DNA from: Schmidtea nova
Taxonomy: Eukaryota
Assembly: GCA_044892505.1 (NCBI GenBank)
Contig: CM097883.1
Coordinates: 242,234,001 to 242,298,000 of the forward strand
Reading direction: 5' to 3'
DNA: 64,000 nt
Shown: positions 26,600-39,944 of the stretch, piece by piece
Layout of the letters: each line of letters begins with the position of its first letter
How positions within the stretch are numbered: position 1 is the stretch's first letter
Made by a program: the position numbers and the translations under genes
The notes under the pieces: generated by a model
Database searches by the model: none
Told to the model about the DNA's origin: nothing
Seen by the model: the letters and a program-made list of their open reading frames with translations, nothing else

Positions 26600-26707
26600 G
26601 GCAAATTATCCTTTAACATGGTTCCATTTCCACGTTTGCATTCCCTCGTACCAGGATTTGCTCCATTAACAAGTCGAGGTAGCCAACAATATCATGCATC
26701 AACAGTT
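26600..26707 (+). pseudogene. TUBB: Beta-tubulin internal fragment
   Basis: [30 protein letters not shown] matches beta-tubulin [30 protein letters not shown]. Confidence 0.9.
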
Positions 26708-27209
26708 TTAAAGGACCCCAACGACTGGCTGGATCAACCATTATTTATAATAAAATCAATATTTTTATTAGAGAAATTATATTATTACATGTACAGAATT
26801 ATGTATAGTATTATATGTAATAATTGTAATATGATTTTAGATTTTTTTAATATCTTAATCTAGTATTTAAAATTATCTTTTAGATATTTTTTAAATTAAT
26901 AGTAATAATTAAGTTATGATATATATTTATTCGTTTAAATATACACAATTAACTTTTCATTTCCGCCTCTTGTTGTTATTGATAAAATTCCGGCCTTTTG
27001 TATTGTCCTATACAGTACCGGGTCTGTCATAAATGTAAGGTGTCCAATGCACACGGGTGGCCGAAGTGAAGCCGAAATGTCGTAAAAACATAAAATTATG
27101 TTGAATTGAAAAACAATAATAAGTTTTTAAACTGAGATATTCGCAGTTTTTATGGGCTCTCAATGTTAGTAGGGGATAGTGAGCGCACAACCCCACTTTT
27201 TTCAACTAG

Positions 27210-27975
27210 CAACGGTTGCTAGGGTAAATACACACATCAAGATATTCCTCAATTCAGGTGTTGCCAGGGTGAACGTGCACACACATCAATATATATATTC
27301 CCCGATGAACCTGTTGCCAGGGTAAACACACACACATCAAAATATTCCTCGAGGCAGGTATTGCTAAGTTAAGCACACACATTACTATATAATTACCGGG
27401 AGATGTTGCTAAGGTAAATACACACATCAAGATATTCCTCAATGCAGGTGTTGCTAGGGTAAACACACATCAATATATATTCCCGAGGATCCGGTTGCCA
27501 GGGTAAACACACACATCAATACATTCCTCGAGGCAGTTATTGCTAAGGTAAGCACACACATTAATATATAATTACCGGGAAGATATTGCTAGGGTAAATA
27601 CGCACATTAAAGTGTAGTGCATTGGAATCTGTTGCTAAGATAAACACGCGCGTATAAGGAGTCACCAAGGAACCTGTAGTTAAGGTAAACACACACACAT
27701 CATTATATATTCACTGAGAAACCTGTTTCCAGGCTAAACACACATCAATATATATTCATATAGTCAGATGTTGCTAAAGTTAACACATACACATCAATAT
27801 ATAGTCCTGGGGAAGATATAGTTAAGGTAAACACACAGATCAATATATAGTCCCGGGGAAGATGTTGCTAGGGTAAATACACACATTAAAGTATAGTCTC
27901 CCTGTAACTATTGCTAAGGTAACCACACATGGTAATATTTAAGTCCTGAAGTAACTATTGCTAAGATAAACAAAC
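27210..27975 (+). repeat. ~45-bp minisatellite, ~17 units, with a duplicated 4-unit higher-order block
   Basis: Core GTTGCYAGGGTAAACACACACATCAA recurs; units 1-4 resemble units 5-8. Confidence 0.9.
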
Positions 27976-28476
27976 CATTGTGTAACCCCCATGACTACTG
28001 TTGGTAACGTCTAAATACACAACATATTAATTATTATCCGTACCACAAACGAAAAAATGTTCTTTACTTAATTAAATGAAATTTTTGTTTGAATGTACTG
28101 GCTAACATTTTGAGTAATTGATTTGTTTTTTAACTGATAACTTTAGAAAATCGAATGTGGGAACTATGAAAACAGATGGAATTAATTCGAGAATTGTGAC
28201 AATAGTCAAAATTTTAAAGACGATTCAACAGAGTGCAACTGCAAGAGCAGATGAAATTTATTAATATTTGTAAACAAAAACAATTATTTTTACAATAAAT
28301 AAAAACGAATTACACAAATCCTTAAAATATTACACTAATCAGGTGAAAACCCTGAACGATAAAACCGATTCAAATCTGGACAACACATAAAATTTTTAAA
28401 AACAATTAAACATAACAGTCTAAAGAAATATAAAACTAAATATAATGAAACCAATTATTTTTTAACAAAGTTTTAT

Positions 28477-31400
28477 TCAATACAAATCTGAATTGGATAT
28501 ATAATTGAGAGCTGGATCTGAAACTGGATCTGAAACTGGAACACCAACCTGATCTTTTGATTGGTCTATAAACGAGCCACATCCCTTATAATGTCCGTAT
28601 GCAAGACTTTCATTTTTATCAACCCAAAGTCTTTTATCATCAAGATTAGTCAAGGCAATTTTCGAATATTTATTAGTAAAGAGTTGGTGATTCTTACTAA
28701 CTATTCTCGACTGATCAACAGAAACTATTGAATTATTATTATAACAATCCAGCTACGACTGATGATTCAGTTTAGTATCCTTCAATGTCATACCCTTAGC
28801 CTTAATGCACTCTTCATCGCCTAAAAGACTAAAACACTTTGGTCTAAGGAATACCCACTCATCATACTTGAATCCTTTATTCTCTTCTTTGAATTTACCA
28901 ATGACGGAATCTAGGTTCCTACTGTATAATGGGTGATTCGGATCATAATTAGAAGTGTCAAGTAAGTTATCTCTTATCATCGCAGGTAACAGAACATCTA
29001 ACCTACAATTTCTAATCTCAAGAAAAAATGAATCGGTGTCACCAGCAACGATGTTAATTTCGCAGTTGAAATCATTACGATATTTTTGTAATTCTTCATA
29101 CTGCAGTTGATACATCCTAAGTTTAGATAAATCCAGTACAGTTTGGCCAATGTAGCTGGGTCTATCTAAACACACAGAGTCCTTATTAAGTAAGACAGAA
29201 ACTAGGTCATCGTCAATTCTATAAGTTTTTCTAAAGTAGGTTTTGAAGTATATGTAATCAGTTTTGATGCTGATTTACATAGTCGTAAATTGAGTCGTTT
29301 CTTAAGATTTTCAACCGTTTTTCCATAAAGACTATTATTCAAGAGTTTGTATTAGTTTTTATCTAAAGCTGTAGAAGATGCTGCCCTAAGTTCAGTGTTT
29401 GTATCTATATATTTTTTAAAAATGGGTTTCTGATTGTACTGAACAGCCCGATGAACTCGTGTTATTTTAACACCCAAAGAAACAAAAAGCTTGAGAAGCC
29501 TCCAATGAACAACATAATTGAACTTTGGATAATGCGTCAGCATTAACTTCTCAACCTTTGAACCCGGAGCACACATTTTCTCTGCTGCTACCGGAAAATC
29601 ATTTAATTTATCTTGAATTTCTGAAGGTATTTCAAGATCCACTTCAAAAGTCACGCCATAAGTCAAAATAGTCAAATCAGTATCCATTAATTTAATTAAT
29701 TTATTTAATTTATTCTCATCAGTGATCCATTTAAATTCACCATAAGGTAATTTTTGACTTAAAGCTCACCCGTATAAATTATTTATGTCAATGTATAAAA
29801 GTTCAGTCGTTTCGGAGGATACTACATGGTGCTTGTTGACAAATGTCAAACCACCACGGATCCCCCCTTCGAAAAAATTATAAATCTCCATATCCTGGAG
29901 CAACTCAATAGGTTCCTCCTAGGTAATAAGCGAAGAAGCCCACGACATACCTGGAATCCCCAAAAAATTCAAAGGTTCAAGTCTATTGTGAGCTATTGAT
30001 TTAGCCCTAAACTGTTGAAAGAAATCAGCAAGAAGAAAAACATCCAGTTTAAGGTAGACCATCATATAGTCACACAGAGTGTGACACTGGGATTCCCTCC
30101 AAATCACCAATGCCTTGTCATATTCGTCTTGTTTAACACCTTTCCAGATTGGTGGCAACTCATAAGTGTTGTTAAGAATTTCTAAAAATGTTGCAAAATC
30201 ATAAGGAAAAATACCCTTACAGTCAACAATAGTCCCGGTGAATTCAGATCTAGTCAAAGGCAAACAAGAAAGAGTCTTAACAGCGTCATTTAAACTAGAA
30301 TTTACAAACTGACAAGAATCGATGAATTTAATGGTTAAATCACCGACCCTTGCTGATAAAGTTAAGAATTTTTCACTGGTTGTAGGAATACAAGAAATTT
30401 TCCAAGTTTTGAAATTAGCCAAACCATATTTAAGAATATGATGCAAGTCATAACCCTTTAAATTATGAAAGATAACGGGTAAAAACTTGTATAACCGACG
30501 GGATTGATTACAAGAATTACATGCTGCACCCAAATATTCACCAGTGTAGTGATCATGGTCTCTGACTGGTTGTACTAAAGTTTTCCTACAAAGATAACAA
30601 ATAGTAGCAAAATCAAAAGATTGTTGATTAGCCGATGTCATAAAAAGAGGTTTCTTGTAATTTGTTTTATAAAAAGGATAAACAATAGTTTCAGAAATAT
30701 CACTAATTTCAATAAGAAACTTAGTAACGCAATCAAGACCTAAGAAACTCCTGTAAATATTTTCTCCAGTAAAGTTATTTACAAGTAAAAGACCGGCAGA
30801 TATTGGGACATGTCTTTGAAAGTACTTATCATCAGTAGGTAAAATTTCCTCAAAATCGGCATAAACAATAATAGGTGGGGTAATTGTTTTGCCGCAATTA
30901 CTAAATTGTAAATTTTTATTTCTAGGCAGAGTATAAAGAGTTGTGCCTAATTGATTTTTAGCACACAACTGTTGATGACAATCGAATGCTTCCTGTTTTC
31001 GAAATCCATTCAAGCATCGATGACACCATATACTTTGTACGCGAGCAACAGAAAGAGATTTATTGTCGTAATTAAAAAGCCTATCAATATCGGTAACTGC
31101 AATATAATGAAAAGATTCACCACTTTCCAACAAAATCAAGTTAATAGGAGTACCACCGACAACTTTTGACCTATGAATTATATCAACACAAGAGTGTTTA
31201 AAAACTTCAGGATTTGCCAAAGTATCAAGAAGAGCATCCTCATCATAAGAAAGAACGTTAATTGCAAGTCCAGGGTTTATAGCCTCAAATTTCATGATAT
31301 TACAAAGTCTCATGGGCATTTCTGAAGGGTCAAAGTCAAGATCAGAAATATTATAATTATTTGCTCTATTTCTATTATTACGATCAGTTACCTCATCATA

Positions 31401-32237
31401 TTTCAAAATAGCTAAAATACTATAAATGAAACATAAATCATCGGAATTAATTACATTTACTGTACAATGTTTCGCAACTAAAGATTGAGGGGTATTTATA
31501 TGACCTCTGCCATTCAATCGACTAATTTGGGCAAATTTAGTTAATACAAAATGGATTTCATTAACTTTGTTAATAACCCAGTTACTCCCTTTATCGTTAA
31601 TTAATGCTATTTTTTCATTTAAAAGAGTGATACCCTCGTCAAAAAAGGTATCACTCATAGGTCTCGCAGAATTTGAAATGATGAATGATTGGAATTCACC
31701 ATCTTTTTCAAACTCTACATCAATACAAAATTGTATTTTCACTGAACCCATCTCATTAATAACATTATTTAATTTATTAATTAAAATATCAGGTAAAATT
31801 AATGTTTTCAAAACCAAGTGAGAAACATCCATTTTCACAATGGCGTGAGATTTTCTCAAATCAAATTTAACGTTAGGAAAAAGGGACCCACCATATTGAA
31901 CATCTATGGTGTTAATGTCATTATTAGAACTTGTGTCAGAGTCGGAAAGAATTTTCATATCGGATATTACCTCGTCAACTATATTACTTAATTTTCTAAC
32001 TTTTGTAGGTAGTGGATTATCGATAAGGATTTTTCTTTTATTATTAATAATATTGTTATCACTATCACTATTATTTATTATTAAATTAAAAATGGATTTT
32101 TTCGAAGATCTAAATTTCCTTAAATGATCCTTATGGTCATCATAAAAGTTCAAAAAAGTCGAATTTTGGGTGGTCTTACATACGGGACATATAAAAAACG
32201 TGGCTCCTTTATACGAATATCGGTAATATTTTCCCAT
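28477..32237 (-). pseudogene. Protein-primed DNA polymerase B with N-terminal zinc fingers and an endonuclease VII-like domain
   Basis: YADFE, ICYLC..VRDHDHYTGEYLGAACNSCN (EndoVII), FHNLKGYD, KFIDS, KGIFPY, YIDINNLYG, NSLYGK, GDTDS, LRPKC, KAKG, LDDKR; stops and frameshifts 3' of 29919. Confidence 0.95.
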
Positions 32238-35200
32238 TAATTCAATACATTTATTGTCATGAATTGATGATCGGCAAAAATTCGGAAAAAGTTTACCTTA
32301 AATATTAAAAATAATTAAAAATATGAACAATAAATGACAAGTATTTTAATATTAAAATTAATGTCATTATACAATAATTAATATAAATTAATTAATAATT
32401 ACAATAATAAAAATTTAATTAAATAATTTAAAAATTATGAAAAAAAATATTAATTAATTTCAATTATTATATTCTTAACTAGAATTCTTTTAATAATAAG
32501 TTTTACTCAAAGATGTAAAATTTAAATTATTTACAAGTAATTTAAAAATATTAATTTAATATAATAATATTCATATAGAACACATTATTTACTATGATAG
32601 AAAATAAATTATTTATTAATAAATAATTTACAAAAACTTTAATTACTAAAAAATTATTAAAAAATAAAACAATAAGTAATATTAATCAATATTCAAATTA
32701 ATTAATTAATTATTATAAAAAATTAGAATAATTATAATTAAAACTAGAATTGTTTTAATAATTAATTATAAAATAAAAATTCAAATTATGTAAATAATTT
32801 TCAAAAATTAATTAAAAATAATTTTAAATTTAGATAATTCAGCTAATTATTTTAAGTTGTCATTAGTATTTATTAACTTCACATAAATATTACAAATCTT
32901 ATTGAATAATAAATAAAGATTAATTATCGATAAAGATTAAATCGATAATGAAAAATAATTCTTAAATAATTAAACTTAATATTTATGAACAAAGGTAATT
33001 AATTATAAATTGAATTTAATAAATAAATTATTAAAATAAATCAATACTTACAGTTATTTTCTTTTATCTTTTCCTTTTTCAGTTTATTTTTTATTAAACT
33101 ATCCATTGTTTCAGATTCTTCAACATTGTAACCAATAAAGTTGTTCATATTGTTGTCGACATCGTTGTTGTAATCATTGATCATGGTAATATCCATATTG
33201 TTGATGTTGTTGTTCATTTTATCTAAAATAAGTTGATTATTTAAAAATTTTAAAACAAAAATTAACTTACCAAATTTAGGTTGCAGTAAAAAATGATTCT
33301 CAAATGAAAAACTATTGTTTATATACTAAATTCAAAAATTTTTAACCAATCAAATTCAAGGAAACATACACACACGTTTGTAAATACCACAGTGTAATTT
33401 ATTTTTACAATTAAATTTTTTAAAAATTTTTAAACATAATTTATTGTTATAAATATATATCGTCATTTAATGTTAAATATCAATTATTATTTAAATAAAA
33501 TGTAATAAATTTAGATTAATTTTAAAGTTAAATTACACTAATAAGTTATAAAAATTATTACAAGTAATTATAGTTAATTATGATTAAAAAAAATAATAAA
33601 TTTAATTATTCGATAAATCGTAAATTAATTGAAATAAAAATTAATTAATTGAAATAAAAATTAATTAATTAAAATAAAAATTAATTAAATAAAAGTTAAC
33701 TAATTATTCACAAAGTTATTAGTTTTTACATAATGTATTATTGTAGAGAATTAGAATATAAATTTTTACAGTGAAAACACAATTAAAGTATCAATCAGCA
33801 AATAAAATCAATTATTTACAACAAAACCCATGTGTAACACGATAATTATTAAATTTCTAATCAAAAAATTTAGTGGAAAATTTATACATACAATGAAAAC
33901 TCTAAAAAATTATTTTAAATTGTTCAAAAATAACAATAAAACATGTGTGCAACAAGAAAAATGACTAATTTTATATTTTAATTTAAGTCATTTTATAGGA
34001 AATTAAATTCTACATATACACTGTTAATGTGAAAACTCATTATCTTTATTATAACATCAAAGAAAACCAATTAATAACAACAAAACATGTGTGCAGCGCG
34101 CAAAACACAACATTTTAAATTTTCATTTTGGCCATCTTGTAGAGAATAAATTTCTGTCTATAGATTGTTACAGCGAGAAAAACGAATAATTTCAATTTGA
34201 GGCACAAATAAAGAAAAAAGAAAAACGGGAGAAAAATTAAAAATGTTGATAGTAGAGTAGGGGGAGCGCCCAAGAACAGGAAGAGACCCCCCAAAACAAA
34301 TAAATTAAAATTAATTAATAAAAATAATTAAAATTAATATAAAATAAAANNNNNNNNNNNNNNNNNNNNNNNNNNNNNNNNNNNNNNNNNNNNNNNNNNN
34401 NNNNNNNNNNNNNNNNNNNNNNNNNNNNNNNNNNNNNNNNNNNNNNNNNNNNNNNNNNNNNNNNNNNNNNNNNNNNNNAAAAATAAATTAAAAATAAATT
34501 AAATTAATTAATTAATAAAAATAAATTAAAAATAAATAAGAATAAAATAAAGACTTCATTTACACAAAATAATAAAATTAAATTGACTTCATTTAAACAA
34601 AAAAAAATTATTTTAAAAATTAACTTCATTTTAACAAATTAAAAAANNNNNNNNNNNNNNNNNNNNNNNNNNNNNNNNNNNNNNNNNNNNNNNNNNNNNN
34701 NNNNNNNNNNNNNNNNNNNNNNNNNNNNNNNNNNNNNNNNNNNNNNNNNNNNNNNNNNNNNNNNNNNNNNNNNNNNNNNNNNNNNNNNNNNNNNNNNNNN
34801 NNNNNNNNNNNNNNNNNNNNNNNNNNNNNNNNNNNNNNNNNNNNNNNNNNNNNNNNNNNNNNNNNNNNNNNNNNNNNNNNNNNNNNNNNNNNNNNNNNNN
34901 NNNNNNNNNNNNNNNNNNNNNNNNNNNNNNNNNNNNNNNNNNNNNNNNNNNNTCCAAATATATATTCTGCACAATATATGTCGAGAACTTAATTCTCTTC
35001 ATCAGGTGCTACTCAATCTTCCATTAAAATATAAATCAAATAAATCGATTTTTCAAACAAATTAATAATAATTTTTAAACTAAAATGTATTTTTATAAAT
35101 TTTATAAAATAATCAAAAAATTGAAAACGATTAAAAATTTTTTAATTTAAATAAATTAATCCTAAAAATATAATATTCTCTTTTTACAAAAAATATTTTT

Positions 35201-38200
35201 TTAAGAATATATTATAAATATTTTCATATTTATAAACAACAGAATGATTGAAAAAGAAATCCATAATCCCCAATTGAAAATGCTCTGATACTCGAGTACA
35301 GAAAAGACTTGTCCAAAGTATGTGGCATTTTGCCCCATGACATTTGAAAAATAAAACGAGTATAGAACACAAATCAAAAGAGAAAAATAAACATCATCAA
35401 CAACCACATCAGTTAATTTACTTAAACTGCAAAAAATGAAGCAAATACACGCACTCAAAACTCTCACACTCACATATTCACAAACATCGATATGACTGAA
35501 AACAACACTAAATCTCATTAATTGANNNNNNNNNNNNNNNNNNNNNNNNNNNNNNNNNNNNNNNNNNNNNNNNNNNNNNNNNNNNNNNNNNNNNNNNNNN
35601 NNNNNNNNNNNNNNNNNNNNNNNNNNNNNNNNNNNNNNNNNNNNNNNNNNNNNNNNNNNNNNNNNNNNNNNNNNNNNNNNNNNNNNNNNNNNNNNNNNNN
35701 NNNNNNNNNNNNNNNNNNNNNNNNNNNNNNNNNNNTATTTATTAAATAATTAATAAATAACAAAATAAGCCTTTGCTGCAAAATTGATGAAATTCAATAA
35801 AAAATTTTGTGTTAGGTATCATTGTATTATTTTAAATAAAGAGTACATGAAGTCAGAGTGTACTGCTGACTTTGTTAAATAACCTAACAATTTTAATGAA
35901 TTAGCCTTTTTTAAATTATAGTTTATAACGAATTCAATTTTATATGGTAAAATCTCAGTAAAATGCCCATAGTTTTCTATTTTATTTATTCTCACTTTTA
36001 CTTTTTCCTCTTTGTGACACAATTTTTAAACTTAAAATTTCTGAAAAAAATTTGTTTTTAAATCTTTTCAAAAAACTAGTAAGTTGTTAGTTTCACGGGC
36101 TTCATCTTTAGAGTTGATTTTTTGGTGTTGGTCTCTAATTATAATAGTTTCTTTATTATTTTTATATTTTATTATTTTATTATATTTTATTATATTATTA
36201 TATTTTATTATATTTTATTATATTTTATTATTTTATTATATTATTAATATATTTATTGTTACAACAATTATTATAATCATTGTTTTCATCATTTTTATTA
36301 GTTCTATTTTTATTAAATTTTTAATATAATATTGAAAAATTTTTCAACTGGATATTTATATATAAATATATATGTTTGTGTGTGTGTTACTTCAATATTA
36401 TTAATAAACAATCTAATGATGCTGAATTTCATAAATTGACAAGAAATGAATTATTTACGAATAAGATCAAAATTTTCCAAGCGAATATTGAGAAATCATT
36501 TACAAAAAAAATTATTTTCTAGAATTATTGAGCGAGAAAACGCCCGAAAATGTTCCAATCATTATAATAATAATCTAATTTTCCGTAAATGATAAATCAA
36601 GATATTTTTGTCAAGTATGAAGATCAGATAAATTATGCAAATCGGTGGAGAAATATTTCCAATCACATCCAGAATTTAATAAATAAAATATAATCTCAAT
36701 GTTCTATATCAATCATATGGTGAATTAGAATTTGTTTTTTCGAATTAATTTTCTTTAGTTGATTTGTATTAGAAAAGAATTTAATAATTTATGATATGTT
36801 TTTGTTATCGTTTTAAGTATTTTTGATTTCTTTAATGTTTTTCAAGTATTGGATTGTTTTAATACAATCTTAAGTACTTTAGTGAACGCAACTAAATCAA
36901 AAATTGATAAAACGAGATATAAAACATATTTCATTAAAATATTAATTGTTGAACTATTGGGAACTTGTAGGATTTAAAACTGCTTCTAGAATTATTGATT
37001 TAAATTTCTTCTTTTAATACTGCTTTGAGAATTATTGCTTTTTAGTATACAGTGCTTTACAAATGGCTTGCTTTTTCGTACTTCTTTTTTAACTACTCCT
37101 TTTTTAGACAAACACTATATATTGATATTTTATTTTAATCAATAAATAATGTGATATAATTAAAAATTTTAGTTAACTTTTAATATATAAATAATAGATG
37201 AATGACGGAGGCGTTACAAGTACATACTCATAGAAACGTGTCAAGTTTGATAATAAATGACTGATAATGAATCAAGTAATACAAAGCAACATCAAACACA
37301 TTTTGGCAAATAATAAAACCCGTTTAAATAAAGTCAACAAAAGCAAAAGAGGCATATACATAATACTAAATGAAATTAATAGAAAATGCTCAAGTAGCAA
37401 GTTTCACCAATTTTAAAGAATTTCCGAACAGCATATAATGAGAAATAGTTCATAAAATCATGATGAAAGTAGCGAATCACTTTCATTATTTTCGACACAG
37501 ACTCTGTACGACATAGGCGACCATATGCACCAGGTTTCACAAATTCAGGTTCATTAGGCTGTGTGTCTGAATTTCATATTAATTTGTTTCTTTTTTAGGC
37601 CTAATTTTATTCTTATTGTTTTGTTAAATTTAACAATTTTATCATTTTGTAACATATTTTATATAAATGTTTAGATTTATATTTGAAATTTGGAATTATT
37701 TCATCGAAAATGCAAGTTATTTTTTATTATTTTGTAAAATATTATTTTATTCAATCGATTCTACAAATTAAAGCAATGCCACAGCCAATTTTTTAGTAAA
37801 TTCGTAAAGTTCTTTCCATTCTCCGTTACATGAATTATTTTTCTTTTGCATTTAAGAGAAATTCTCGGAAAATAGTTATAAATTTAAATTTTAAATGACA
37901 AAAAGTAAATATTTTCTAATGTAATTTTCGTTAACAGATATTAAAAAACTATCTGTGAATGAATCGAAAGCCAATTAAGAAGCAGAGATTAATTATTAAC
38001 ATCGAATAATTAAATTGAATATTTCAAAATATAACACTACGGAAATAGAACTTTAACTTTCTATTTTGAAAAAAACTAAGAATAACATTATTGAAATTGA
38101 AAGCAATTATCAATGTTGTATGGGTTGTTAAGAAGTTATTGGTGGTCTCAAGTTTTTACCACTACCCTAACCCTATCATAAATGTTAAACTACCTCACTC

Positions 38201-38249
38201 GTGTAAGTAGGGGATAGTGAACAGTCTAGCACAGTCTAGAACAGTCTGA

Positions 38250-38500
38250 CACATAACTTCGTGTATTATGTAATAATTATACAGTTTATATTCACCCCTC
38301 AGAAATTACATAATACTTTACATATTATGTAATAAAAACGTATTACTTTATATGTTCCGTAATCACTACGAAATAGTTTATATATTACACAAATATTATG
38401 CAATACTTTATATTCTATGTAATCATTACGAAATACTTTTAATGTTATGTAATTTTATCAAAAACTTTAAAAAATTATATATTAGTTTATTTATTACACA
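38250..38500 (+). repeat. Degenerate ~30-bp subterminal minisatellite
   Basis: Recurrent TATTATGTAAT..TAC..AATACTTTA units. Confidence 0.65.
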
Positions 38501-38814
38501 ATTGATGATGTACTACTGAAATTTAATTATTTTTATTTATTTTTTCATAATTTTTACAAAAAATATAAAATAAATTAATTTTTTCAACATTTTTTCCAAA
38601 ACTTTCAAAAATGCTCAGATTTAAATAATTTTTATACCAATCTACTGAGAATTCAATGGGGAACAAAAAAGGGTCAAAAAGCAAAAACATTAAAAATTGG
38701 TCTTCTCCGATCACTTTTACATGAAAAAACCTTACTTGGTTAAAAATGGTTAGAATTTAAGAACTTTTACATAAAAATAATCGGACTTTAACACTCAACA
38801 ATAAAAAAGTAATA

Positions 38815-39430
38815 TTAACTAGAAAAACAACAAAAAACACAAATTATTTTAAAAACTAAATCTTTATTTAAATCAATCTTCTCATCTTCAGGCAAATTGT
38901 TCATCAAATTCAGCAGCATCTTCACACACCCCCATAACCACATCAATTCCCTTATAATATCCATAAGCCAGACTAACATTTTTCCCACCCAAAGTCTTTT
39001 GTCGTCAAGATTAGTCAAGGCAATCTTATAAGATTTATTAGTAAAGAGTTGATGATTCTTACTAACAATTCTCGACTGATCAACATAAACTATTGAATTA
39101 TTATTGTAACAATCCAGGTACGACTGATGATTCAGTTTAGTATCCTTCAATGTTATACCCTTAGCCTTAATGTACTCTTCCTCACCTAAAAGACTGTAAC
39201 ACTTTGGCCTAAGAAACACCCTCTTATCATACTTGAATCCTTTATTCTCGTCTTTGAATTTACCAATGACGGAATCTAGGTTTTTCGAATACAAGGTATT
39301 ATTTGGGTCATAATTCGAAGTATCTAATAACCTATTCCTAACCATAGCAGACAAAAGAATATCCAACTTACAATTCTTAACTTCCAAGAAGAAAGAATCT
39401 GTATCACCAGCGACTATACAAATCTCACAC
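38815..39430 (-). pseudogene. pPolB C-terminal fragment, paralog of 28477-29200
   Basis: IVAGDTDSFF, IGKFKDE, FLRPKCYSL, KAKG, LDDKR; visibly similar in DNA to remnant B. Confidence 0.92.
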
Positions 39431-39944
39431 TTGAATTAATGTCATATAAAAAACAACAAAAAACCCAATTTTAGAAATAAATCTTTATTTAAATAAATCT
39501 TTAGCAATTAATTTATATTGTAAAGGTCATCATGTATACCTTTCTCTTTTCAGCAACCATAATATGCACAGATTGTTGTCTTTTAAAATCGTGACAACAA
39601 GCACATACATTGGTGCATGAAATACGCATTGATTCCTTACCACCAACGCAATTTTCAACGCACTTGATGCCAGCCCCAAGGTATATTTTATGTACCAACA
39701 ACTCAGGGGCACAATAATCGAGATTATTTTTAATCTTTGGGTATAAATCTTGGATCTTCTTGAGAAGTACTTCGAGAAAATAAACTAAAAGAATAAATTA
39801 ATATAAAAATAAAAATAAAAATACTCTTACTTTTAGAAATTTTCAAATTTTCACAATCAATGAATAACAATTAATACAAACAAAATTTATTTAATTAATT
39901 AATTAATGTATTTATTTCATTGATTATATTATAAACATAAATTT

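Larger units (their letters stand above)
27168..33300 (-). mobile_element. Polinton/Maverick remnant B
   Basis: Candidate AGTAG terminus, subterminal tandem array and a near full-length pPolB; the right boundary is uncertain. Confidence 0.75.

Noticed and set aside
27210-27975. CRISPR-like appearance of the ~45-bp array
   Set aside because: The variable parts are homologous to each other, repeats are degenerate, there are no cas genes and the context is eukaryotic
11328-35781. ORFs made largely of X
   Set aside because: Artefacts of N-gaps
37250-37560. Possible third Penelope 3' end or hammerhead
   Set aside because: Only a weak KEAxI-like motif and a hairpin; the CUGANGA core is absent
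38165-38176. CCCTAACCCTA telomere-like motif
   Set aside because: Under two units; chance or a TE-internal motif
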